Shown here piece after piece: positions 1 to 11,062 of a stretch of 64,000 bases of DNA. Position 1 is the first letter of the stretch. Each line of letters starts with the position of its first letter. A program made the translations under genes and the position numbers. Under the pieces are notes generated by a model that saw nothing but the letters and a program-made list of their open reading frames with translations, was not told the DNA's origin and searched no databases. Origin of the DNA: Nemertoderma westbladi (Eukaryota > Animalia > Xenacoelomorpha); assembly GCA_032718475.1 (NCBI GenBank), contig JAUCBJ010008744.1, positions 62,001-126,000 on the forward strand, given 5' to 3'.

Positions 1-57
1 TTCACTGCGCCATGTATGAGTTTATCAGCAACAATATCGCATCGTTATTCTTAAAAT

Positions 58-109
58 TTGCAGTGTTGCACTGTTTGCAGTGTTGCACTGTTTGCAGTGT
101 TGCACTGTT
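58..109. repeat. 17-bp tandem repeat, ~3 copies (TTTGCAGTGTTGCACTG)
   Basis: Direct read; each unit contains a small inverted repeat CAGTG-ttg-CACTG. Confidence 0.85.
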
Positions 110-622
110 GGGGTGGGACGGGGTCACGAAAATGACTCAAAAGGAGATAAATTGATAAACACAAATTAAAAGATTAATTAGTTTACTGTTTTTATTTTTG
201 TTATTTGTTTTGAATAAAAACATTCACTGTAACATGCTCCTTTCCCTTAGTATTTAATCATGTTTTATTTAAATACTGTACATACGTTTTTACCATTTCT
301 CAAAATAATCATGTCATTGCGTGCTTGGTTTTCCTTCAAGAAACATTGTGGGAAAATAGCAATTTCATTACATGTTTCACATATTTACTGATCTAATAAA
401 CCAAATCATATTCATTGAATTGACTCAGAAATCTACAAAGCTGTGCAGCTACTGTAACTTGAGGTATTATTTGTAAAATATGGTCGACTTACATGAAAAC
501 AATTATTTATAAATATTCATTCAAGAAGCAACAAGTAACACATCGCACATTATTATTATTCCCGCATTCAAATATAATTAATAGGGACTCTTTCTATTCC
601 TATCGGATTCCATATACAAACA

Positions 623-1123
623 ATGGCGATTATATTCATGGTAATTTTCTCGGTATGCAGTGTTAGTGTAATTGCATTCCACCGGGCTGAAGAAAGTTGC
701 AATGGTAACGAAATATACTGCAAGTTGGACGAAGTATCGTATTGCGTGCCGCGTCCGTGGCAGTGCGACTCGATACCTGACTGCGACGACGGCTCGGATG
801 AGACTGGATGCGACGCGGATTTCTGCACGGCTGAGGAGTTCGTGTGTTACGACCAGGGTTACCCGTGCGTGCCGCAAAAATGGGTCTGCGATGGAATCCA
901 GGATTGTTACACCAAGGCGACACCCGAGCCATCAGACGAAACCAGTTGTGAGACCTGCAAAGAAGGCGCGTCTAAGTGCGGAGATACAAGCCAGTGTTTT
1001 TACGACAAATTTAAATGCGATGGTTACACAGACTGCATCAATGAATTTGATGAACAGGATTGTCCCCCCTTGGACTTTACATTTGAATTCGAGACGGATT
1101 CTACATTCCAGGACTTTGTGTAA
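623..1123 (+). CDS. Small secreted protein with three LDL-receptor class A (LDLa) repeats, 166 aa
   Basis: Hydrophobic N-terminus (MAIIFMVIFSVCSVSVIA), then three six-Cys modules with acidic Ca-binding tails (WQCDSIPDCDDGSDE, WVCDGIQDC..SDE, FKCDGYTDCINEFDE). No TM segment. AATAAA downstream at ~1254. Confidence 0.88.
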   Translation: MAIIFMVIFSVCSVSVIAFHRAEESCNGNEIYCKLDEVSYCVPRPWQCDSIPDCDDGSDETGCDADFCTAEEFVCYDQGYPCVPQKWVCDGIQDCYTKATPEPSDETSCETCKEGASKCGDTSQCFYDKFKCDGYTDCINEFDEQDCPPLDFTFEFETDSTFQDFV

Positions 1124-1473
1124 TGTATGGTATTTCAATTCGGTTTAATTGTATCGACTCACGTGGTAATTAATTGGTTTACATATAAAAATTGGTTTAC
1201 ATATAAAAATGCTACATGTTTTCTTTGTAAAATTAGGATTAATTAGAGAAATTAATAAAAGCAGATATTTATGTGATTTGTTTAAATATGATGCACTATT
1301 CTTATTCTTTATTTTATACTCAATCTAGAACAACAATAATTTGCAGATTGTGAGGTGGGGAACAGACATGGTCCATCCAGGGAATGTTGGAATTCTAACA
1401 GATAATATGGAAGACAATAACGGGTAGGGGGGGGGGGGGGGGGTGGTGGGGTTACAACTTAATGAAAATTCAA

Positions 1474-2550
1474 AACTTATATCGGTGTATACGAGTTGTG
1501 GTGTGAACTTATATCGGTGTATACGAGTTGTGGTGTGAACTTATATCGGTGTATACGAGTTGTGGTGTGAACTTATATCGGTGTATACGAGTTGTGGTGT
1601 GAACTTATATCGGTGTATACGAGTTGTGATGTGAACTTATATCGGTGTATACGAGTTGTGGTGTGAACTTATATCGGTGTATACGAGTTGTGGTGTGAAC
1701 TTATATCGGTGTATACGAGTTGTGGTGTGAACTTATATCGGTGTATACGAGTTGTGGTGTGAACTTATATCGGTGTATACGAGTTGTGGTGTGAACTTAT
1801 ATCGGTGTATACGAGTTGTGGTGTGAACTTATATCGGTGTATACGAGTTGTGGTGTGAACTTATATCGGTGTATACGAGTTGTGGTGTGAACTTATATCG
1901 GTGTATACGAGTTGTGGTGTGAACTTATATCGGTGTATACGAGTTGTGGTGTGAACTTATATCGGTGTATACGAGTTGTGGTGTGAACTTATATCGGTGT
2001 ATACGAGTTGTGGTGTGAACTTATATCGGTGTATACGAGTTGTGGTGTGAACTTATATCGGTGTATACGAGTTGTGGTCGGTGTATACGAGTTGTGGTGT
2101 GAACTTATATCGGTGTATACGAGTTGTGGTGTGAACTTATATCGGTGTATACGAGTTGTGGTGTGAACTTATATCGGTGTATACGAGTTGTGGTGTGAAC
2201 TTATATCGGTGTATACGAGTTGTGGTGTGAACTTATATCGGTGTATACGAGTTGTGGTGTGAACTTATATCGGTGTATACGAGTTGTGGTGTGAACTTAT
2301 ATCGGTGTATACGAGTTGTGGTGTGAACTTATATCGGTGTATACGAGTTGTGGTGTGAACTTATATCGGTGTATACGAGTTGTGGTGTGAACTTATATCG
2401 GTGTATACGAGTTGTGGTGTGAACTTATATCGGTGTATACGAGTTGTGGTGTGAACTTATATCGGTGTATACGAGTTGTGGTGTGAACTTATATCGGTGT
2501 ATACGAGTTGTGGTGTGAACTTATATCGGTGTATACGAGTTGTGGTGTGA
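1474..2550. repeat. 32-bp minisatellite, ~33 near-identical copies (AACTTATATCGGTGTATACGAGTTGTGGTGTG)
   Basis: Period 32 (units start at 1474 and 1506). Only a truncated unit near 2078 and a G>A near 1629 were noticed. Confidence 0.97.
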
Positions 2551-3159
2551 TAAAGAAGCATTTAGCAATTTAAGATAATATCCCGACGATTCAAATTACA
2601 AGGGAGATACGATCCTTTTTTAAGTAATAATGTTGGATTGGAACCGATCTGTTTTTTTTACGCCCAATGACTATAATTAGATTTACACGAAAAATAATTG
2701 TGTTCCAACTATTTGTAATAATACCATCGACCAAATATAAAAATCACATTTCACTAAAAATCATTAAAAATATAATCACATTCCTCTAAATTTATTTATT
2801 TTCCAATAAATTTTAGTCTCTTTTCACTAAAAATAATCACCTCCCCTTTTTCGGTAGGTATAACCTAGGTATCGTTCCACAAGCTTTAAATGGTAACGCG
2901 CCATTGTTCCTTTGTCATTAGGTCCTGCGTTGTTAGTTAATATTTGTATTTGTAATTTATTTTGTAGCAACTCTATTTTTGAAGTAGAAGCTAGAAAATC
3001 CAATAATAAAGAGTTAACTGTATTTTATTTATTAATCAAGCACGTTAAGTAAAAACCTTACCGGTAGGTATGTCAGTGCCAAAGTATGTAAAAAACTAAA
3101 AAGCAACAAGACCTAGACGTTGCATGCAATCAGTGATCAGCTGACGGCAGTCAACTGAT

Positions 3160-4545
3160 CGGTAGGTTTCGCCCCGCAACTGAAGGCATTCTCAGGAGGC
3201 CAAGTCAGGAAATGTAGAGAGAGATTCCGAAAGGGGGACGGAACAGGTAACGAAATGAATATATGTCTGTACTGTAACTAACCACTGGGAAGCAGGCTTG
3301 CGTGTTTGGATGTAATACATTTCAAGCTTTTGCAAGACTGGCCGCAATGGGTGTCTAGCAATTACAGTGAAATGTTTATACAATTCATGCCAGTCAGTCA
3401 GCCAACGTGTATTGGGCTCGCCGCGGTGAGTCATGATGTGGTTGTGCATAGTCTTACCCTGTTCGCTCCCATCATTGGCTGTCCCATCCTGGTGCTGTCT
3501 AATGGTGTGTCCAACATCCCTTACAAGAGGTACAAGAGAAAGAGTAAACGACGTTTAGACTCAAGGATTTCCGGGATGGGGTGTTTGAGAGATGGGAGTG
3601 ACTGGCGCAGTTTATATGTTGTAAAAACAAACCGAACTGGCCGTGTGCAAGACCTGGGTATAAGACCACGGAACTTTCGAACAAACAGATCAGTTGCCCG
3701 ACCTCGGTACTCGAACTTACAGATAATAGGCTTGGAATCATCAGCAGCTGCCTGGTCGACCTCGGTGGGGACAGCTGTTGGTGCCTCGCCCCCAGAACCA
3801 CTGCCTGCACGCCCCCTAGCGGCTTGAACTACGGCTAGGTCATGCTCGACCATCGTATCAGTATATTGGTTATTGCTAAGAATATTCTTAGCATCCCCAA
3901 TAGCGGTATAGAGTTGGGAACCATCCCCACCCTTACTGGCATTAAAGATGCGATGAAACATACCACGAACTACACCGCGTTTGTGAGACTCAGGGGCACA
4001 CGTAGTGGCATTGAGAACGAGCCCAGTATCTGTAGGCTTGCGGTATCACGCTGTTGAAAGAGCATAGTCAACCCGAGTGACAACCAAATCAAGAAAGGAC
4101 AAGCGCCCCACCCCCCCTCCTCCATCTCAAGGGTAAACCTAAGATTGGGATGGAGGGCATTGACCTCTCTCAACTTCTCAGTGGGGTCGTTACTACCAAC
4201 ACTAAATACGTCATCGACGTACATATCACTGAGCTTGGTGCCCGCAGCGATCCTCTCGTCGAACTGTGACAGAAAGATGTTGGCGAGTATGGGCCCAATG
4301 GAGACCCCATAGCGACACCACCATCTTTCTGACAGACGTAATTGCCATGGTGATCTAGGAATACGACATCCTTGGTGGCTAACACCATAAGACCAATAAA
4401 TTGGTCCTTGCTGATTGGCTGGCTGTCCTGATGCCGCTCATACAGTAGATCAGCAGCAAGCTGCACCACCTCCCTCAGTGGGACGTTAGTGAATAAACTC
4501 ACAACGTCCAGGGAGTAGAGGCAGTCCGTGAGTTCTACATTCTAG
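3160..4545 (-). mobile_element. Decayed Penelope-like retroelement (RT + GIY-YIG endonuclease), 5'-truncated and frameshifted
   Basis: Minus-strand fragments contain LYSLDVVSLFTNVPL, GVAMGSPLGP, YVDD and LHPNLRFTLE (PLE RT), then VVYSFSCTSC, HIMTH and LEMYYIQTRKP (GIY-YIG region). The motifs are spread over several frames. Confidence 0.88.
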
Positions 4546-5511
4546 TTCAGCGAGACGATCGGCAGACCCAGCACTGTTAATAGATATCTTGCCTTCAGGC
4601 AGCACATCCAGCATGTCTTTGATTTTACTCTATTTTTATTTACAACTGATTTCTAGCAAAAAATAAACTGTAACATGTGCTATTGACTTCAGTTTATTGT
4701 TTTGGTAAGAATAATATAATACTGCAATCTGCTCCTTTCCCTGAATATATTAAGACCTAACGATATGGATGGCCTACTACCCTTTATACTAAAGTCGGAA
4801 AGTACCTCTTTTCCGATTGTAAATCTTTACTAACCTGCACGTTAACTATCGTTTGTTGGTTTGGTTCCCCGAACGCTGCCTCTGTATCCTGTTCCTTTAC
4901 AAACCTTATCCTTTCTGCTACGGGACCTGCTCTAAAGTGCAATGTGAAAAGACCGTAAGTCAAAAAAGGTAATTTCGAGTAAAACGCAAATTACTGTTTT
5001 CCTTCAGATTGTTGGTTTAAAATGTCCGTAAATTACTAATTTTTTATAACCCTACGCAATTGGGGGTGGCGTTATTATTTGTCACTTTCCATTAATATTG
5101 TGACTTTAGGGTTGTCTTTTGTATTTACGGTATTTTGCATTGCACAACCAGTATGATACAATGCATTCGATACAATGCATAGAAATGTCAATGGCATTCC
5201 GAGAATATTGCCTCCAACGATTAAAATCTTCCTGGTCAAAACTGTCTGTCTGGACTCTGTGGTCTGGTTGATTAATAAAGTCTGGCATGAAGGAAGCACA
5301 CCGCAGAACTGAAATTTTATTATGATGGTTTTCGAAGTCCGTGATTTCATTTCCAATGTCAATTTTTATGTTCGGTTGAATCTTGTCTGTCTGACTAATG
5401 GTCTTGATCTGACTGTCTGTCTATCTTACATTTTGACGGTCACTCCGTGACACATAGAGAAACAGTGATAACTCAAATGAAAATAGTACCTACAATTCAA
5501 ATTACAGAATT

Positions 5512-5905
5512 GACATGGTCCCAGAGTAAAGAGTAGTGTTCACACTAACATGGTCCCAGAAAACTGTTCACATTCACATGGCCCAAGAAAAGTGTTCAAA
5601 TTAACATGGTCCCAGAGTAAAGAGTAGTGTTCACACTAACATGGTGCCAGAAAACTATTCACACTAACATGGCCCCAGAAAAGTGTTCATATTAACATAG
5701 TCCCAGAGTAAAGAGTAGTGTTCACACTAACATGGTCTCAGAACACTGTTCACACTAACATGGTCTCAGAACACTGTTCACACTAACATGGCCCCTGAGT
5801 AGTGTTCACACTATTAATATGATGCAATGCTAGCATGTCCCCAGAAAAGTGTTCATATTAACATAGTCCCAGAGTAAAGAGTAGTGTTCACACTAACATG
5901 GTCTC
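5512..5905. repeat. Degenerate ~28-33-bp minisatellite (GTGTTCACACTAACATGGTCCCAGA..), left part
   Basis: Repeated TTCACACTAACATGG core with variable spacers. The same family resumes at ~20601. Confidence 0.9.
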
Positions 5906-7093
5906 TTTTGCTGCACACGCTAACTGTATATCGAAATCTTATATTTTTATCAGAGAACTATTCAACTTCTGTGCGTATAATATTTATGCCTAACTCATAT
6001 TGTATACCACCGTGAATTTGTTTATATGTTGCCTAGCAGCAGTTATGGATGTTCTGGAATAAAACTGTGTCTATTCTAATATTAAATAATAAAATTCACG
6101 GGAACAAATTTTAAATTCATATCCTCTCATTAATTAAATAAATTGTAATTTTATACAATTTATTAATATCCCCAAAATTTAGTCAATTAATAGATCATGG
6201 GAGCGGAGATTCACCCCATTAAGAATAGCAGTGTGAGAGAATCTCCCAGTGTACAGCCAATAGCCGACAAAATTAATAAATATCATATATAAAGGGAATA
6301 TTAATAACCCAAGAGTCGCTATTAAATAGCATCCCAGATCTGCATGCATGAGAAATACCCTAATTCCACCGCTAGCTTTGCATAATATCACCATAGTAAC
6401 AACCACGCTAGAATTAGAAGTAAGTGAAAAGAACAATAGAAAGCTTGCCCCATTGAATAGAATGCGTAATACATAGTCTCTCGATAGTATCCAAGGATAC
6501 ATAATAACAACGTGGCATTCTGGAAGGCATTTGACTAATGGACAAAAATGGCCCTAATTTGTACGAATTGTGGCAGGAATGTGGAATTTGTGTATTTATA
6601 GGTGAATGTTACTACTAAAGTGTGTTTACAGTAGCGAGCTGCAATTGTGAAAGTTATCCTACATCTGCAATAATTACCTCCAGTATATTCGAGCCCTTGG
6701 GACGGACAGTAGAGTGACTCGTGCTGATTATTGTTGTCGTTGTGTGGCTACTACGTTGGCGAGGGGCACATCGACAGCAGTACATCAGCGCTGAGGATCT
6801 CAGTGCTGCCAGGGGGCAGTTGGGGGATAATAGGGCAGCGACGCCTGCTAGCCTTTATTTATAATATCGATAAACTCATATATATATTATAACTGAGTTG
6901 ATAGAAGATGATCTTGGTATCAGGGAGCGATATACTCTACCTCTACAAGCATTTGTTGATAGTTTGATAAGCGGCGACACTAGTCAACATACAACAGAAG
7001 ATGATGGATGTTATATCGAACCGCCGATGTCCGAGGAGCAGCTCAAACGTGAATTGGACTATAGAAAATTCACCGCGCGCTATACACATTGTA

Positions 7094-10000
7094 CTACTAC
7101 TAGGTCGAGCGAACTCGGACAGTGGAAATGAGATCCTTCCAGGCTTCCCGATTCTCCATAGTTGTCGCAATTTCGTTTCTCCCAAGTTCAGTATCCCTTT
7201 CAAGTTGATCTATATATGTTATGGCCGGTCGTCCACGACTACGCTTTCCATGAGTTGGTTGCCAGAGAAGTAGATCTGGTATGACCTCGTCTTTACTTCG
7301 CCAGCAGTGCCCACTGAATCTTAATCTGCGTTCACAGAGGGTGGTTGATACAGGTGGTATTGTACCATAAAGCTCGGTGTTTGTCATGTGTTGTCTCCAG
7401 CTGATGTTTAGGGCTGCCCTTAGTAGTCTTGTGTAGCAACCATCAATTCAAGTGATTTCAAGTGATCATCAGTTCAAGTGATTTAGTCAGTGTCCAGGTC
7501 TCACCCCCGTATAAAAATACACTTTCCACTGTGGCTCGAAAGAACTTAGTCTTCAGGTGCCTGGAGAGATCTGATTTCCAGATGGTATCCATTTTTGATA
7601 GAGCTACCCAAGCCTTTGCTTTCCTAACTTCTATGTCCTTTTTGCTACTCTCTATCCATGATCCAAGGTACTGGAAGTCATCGACCTTCCTTAGTTGATT
7701 ATTATCAATGGTTGTCAAGTTCCCATCAACATTAAAGGTCATGAATTCGGTCTTTGTAGCATTTATATGCAATCCAACCTCCTTAGCAGCCCTCTCCACT
7801 TTATTTAGTAGAAGCTGTGCATCTGCTAGCGTATTAGAGAGCAGGGCGATGTCATCCGCAAAGTCGGTGTCTGTGACTGTAGTTGCCGGATATCTACTAC
7901 TTCTGCATTCTTGAAGTGTGAATCCCAGATCTTCACCCTTTGTGGCCGTCCTCATTGCGTAATCCAGCACAATTACAAATAGTAATGGTGCTAATGTGTC
8001 ACCTTGCAGTACGCCAGCCAGGATTGAGAAAAACTCAGTTTCACCATCTGGTGAGAGTACCTGCGCTTCTGTGTCACAATATAACAATCCAATGCCAGCA
8101 ACAATTACTTCTGGTATTCCATAAGCTCTTAGGATTTCAAGCATTTTACCTCTATGGATGGAGTCGAATGCCTTCTTGAAGTCCACAAAAGTCATGACTG
8201 CGGGGAGATTCTTTGACTTAATTCCTTCAATCAGTCTCCGTAGTGCAAGTATCTGAGCTATTGTTGATCTACTTGGTCGAAATCCGTTTTGGCTCTTACG
8301 CAGTAGTTTCTCTATGTGAGGCCTAATCCTATATAGAATCATTTTATTGTATATTTTGGCAGCTACCACAAGCAGACAGATCCCACGATAGTTTGTTGGT
8401 ATGCCGAAGTCTCCTTTCTTGGGGAGAGGCTTTAGTTGACCTTTAGTCCAAATTGGTGGTGGCTTTTCCCCTTTTAACATCCGGTTGCAAACATTCAATA
8501 ATGGTCTGTTTAGCACTCCGGTTTTCCATACCTCCGCTGGGATTTCATCTAATCCACTCGCTTTATTATTGGACATGCTTTTAATGCTTCTTTGGAGTTC
8601 GGCAGGTGTGAAGTCCCCTGTTTCTATATGTAGTGTCTTGTCATATATTTTCCTTGTAGGGCTGACCTCGATGTTTGGTGGCTGTCCAAGCAAGTTGCTG
8701 AAGTGATTTTTCCACTTTCCAACACGTTCTTCAGGACTATCGGCTTTGAGGTGCCCCTTTGCACAACTTTTTCTCTAGCGGTAGGACTGTATATTGAATT
8801 AAGCTTAACAGGGTCACATTATGACAATTGACAATAACAATAACAATTCGGACAGATAAGGCCCTATATCCAGCTTAGTTATTATATCAGATTAGAGTTG
8901 CTAGGAGTGACAGTTGTAAATATATGGTAAACAATAAACTTTATAAAATAAAAATATACTAGACCGACTGGCGCGCTGACTCACAACCAAGCCACAAAAT
9001 AGAAGGCACATCAATAAACATAAAAAATAAAAATAATATAATGTAGCAACATACAGTGAAATTTAATTTACATTACCAAATGAATCTATTTAATTAGCTA
9101 ACAAAGACAGTTGAAGGGAAAAGGTATATATGCAAGCAAGTAAGTAAATATTTTGGGCTAATGGTTTTTTTTATTGTGAAAGTAGCCGAAAACGCTGAGT
9201 AGAGACAATAAAGGTGTTTAGAAGGGAGAAATATTTGTTGTAATCGGTCGCAGATATACCTTGTCCCTCTAAAACAGAGTTTAATGACAGTGAAGCCCCC
9301 AGGGCTTCCAACCCAACCTTCAGTGTACGGCGGGCACCAGAGTAACTCGGACAAGTTATAAAAAAGTGAAAGGCGTTTTCTGTGGCAGCACCGCATGAGG
9401 TGCACTCAGGTGAGTCCTGAAGGTGCCTGGATACCATGTCTGCAGATAATTCACTACACCGCAGTCGCAACTGGCAGACAATGATTTGAAATTTGCGGGT
9501 TCCAACACAGTAAAATGGTTTGATAACATTATTTGAAATGAGTCGGGATTTAAACGTCGGGAGAGGGAGTGAACGTGTTGAAAAAGGGAGATCGTTCCAT
9601 TTTTTTATAGTGTTTGGAAAGAAAGATTTGCCATAAAGGTCTTTACGGTACGATATTTGGGAAATGTTGGCGCTGTTTCTGAGAGGGTAACTATGTGATG
9701 GGTTTTGCCCCACTGTAATTGGGATTCTGGAAAATAAGTACTCCGGAGTTAACTTGTTAATAATTTTATAAAAAGTTATTAAGCAGATGGCTGAGCGCCT
9801 GGAAGAGAGACTCTGTATGTTGCATTCGGTATATAACTTGCTATGTGAAGTGCGAGATGGAGCACCAGTGGCAATTCTTAGAAATTTGCACAACTTTTCC
9901 GACCAGATACCTCATTTACAGTTTGCCAGGTAAGTCTTGAGTGTTGCTGTATGTGAGCAGTTGTAATTGCTTCAGTTTTATCCTGTATGTACTTTTCCTG

Positions 10001-11062
10001 GCTGATGTTGTAGGCCAATTTAAGATCGTCCTTAGCTTTCTCAACCTTGTTAATGTTTTCAGTTGTTGGTTGTTCGGTTTTATCTTTATAGGCTATCTTA
10101 AGATCTTCTCTCTTACAAGTAACCTCAGAGTTTTGCCATGGCACATACTGTTTTCGTTTGGGTTTCTGGGGGATATGCCTCTTAGCTGATTCCTTGTGGG
10201 CTGTTATTATATTCTGGTATATTGAATCGGTGGATTGGTCTTCATCCATTGACTGAAGTGCTTCAAAGCGGTTTTGAATTTCTACTGTATAAGCATCCCT
10301 TACAGCATTGTCAGTTCTGAGTTTCTCCCAGTCATAGTTGATTTGCTTGCTTGTCCTGGGTTTCTGGCTCTCAAACTGAGTCTTATCTCTGCAGTCACAA
10401 TTCTGTGGTCCGAACCAATTAGGTTGAACGAGCTGTATGCCTCGCAGTTGACCATGCTGTTTCTCCACTTTTTGTTTATAAGGATGTAATCCAGTTGTGC
10501 TTTGGTTCCATTAGGGTATTGAAAGGTCCATAGCTTCCCCTTACTCTTTTCGAATGTGTTGTTTGTTGGTATCAATTCACATTCTTCCATTAGGTCTAAA
10601 AGTAAGTACCCATTTCTGTTAGAACTGGTGTTATAGGTATAACCCTTGATGTCTTCTGGGCCAATTTGCGCATTCAGGTCACCAGCAATGACTTTAACAT
10701 TGTGTCTCGGAATGTCCTTTATAAGTCCAGTCAGTTCTTCATAAAACTTGACTGCTTGTTCTGGCTCTGAGGCATTGGTTGGACTGTAGCAACATATAAC
10801 TGTTGCCTTGGGATTCCCATCAAATGTTGCGATCATAACCCTGGAATTTATAGATTCAATGTTGTTTAGGGTCTTAAGTGCAAATGGGCTTAGCAGAATT
10901 CCTACTCCACCAATTGATGCATTGGCCGAGTTTCCTACTGCTGAGCTTGTTACTAACGTCCATCCATTTCCAATGTCATTGTACTTCATGGCAGTGTCTT
11001 CATGACAAATCCGATGTTCTTGGATGCAGATGATGTCGATGTTATATTCCATTGCCAGAGCG
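7094..11062 (-). mobile_element. RTE-like non-LTR retrotransposon (APE endonuclease + RT), 5'-truncated, with 6-bp TSD ATTGTA
   Basis: APE motifs DIICIQEHR, AGDLNA, QLDYIL and GSDH (10300-11060). RT motifs NYRGICLL, FVDFKKAFDSI, GVLQGDTLAP, FADDIALL and YLGS (7458-8693). C-terminal RLRFSGHCWR...RGRP. Short (TAG)n tail at ~7094-7103. ATTGTA at 7088-7093 and 11063-11068. Frameshifts near 7450-7480 (small duplication) and ~10300-10400. Confidence 0.92.
8772..9884 (-). mobile_element. 5'-truncated CR1/L2-group LINE 3' end nested in the RTE-like element, 14-bp TSD
   Basis: ORF 9171-9893 has SFFPNTIKKWNDLP and CTSCGAATENAFHFFITCPSY, typical of the CR1/L2-group ORF2 C-terminus. TTTGCACAACTTTT at 8758-8771 and 9885-9898. 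Removal restores the host frame VSGRKSCA-KGHLKAD. Confidence 0.9.
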
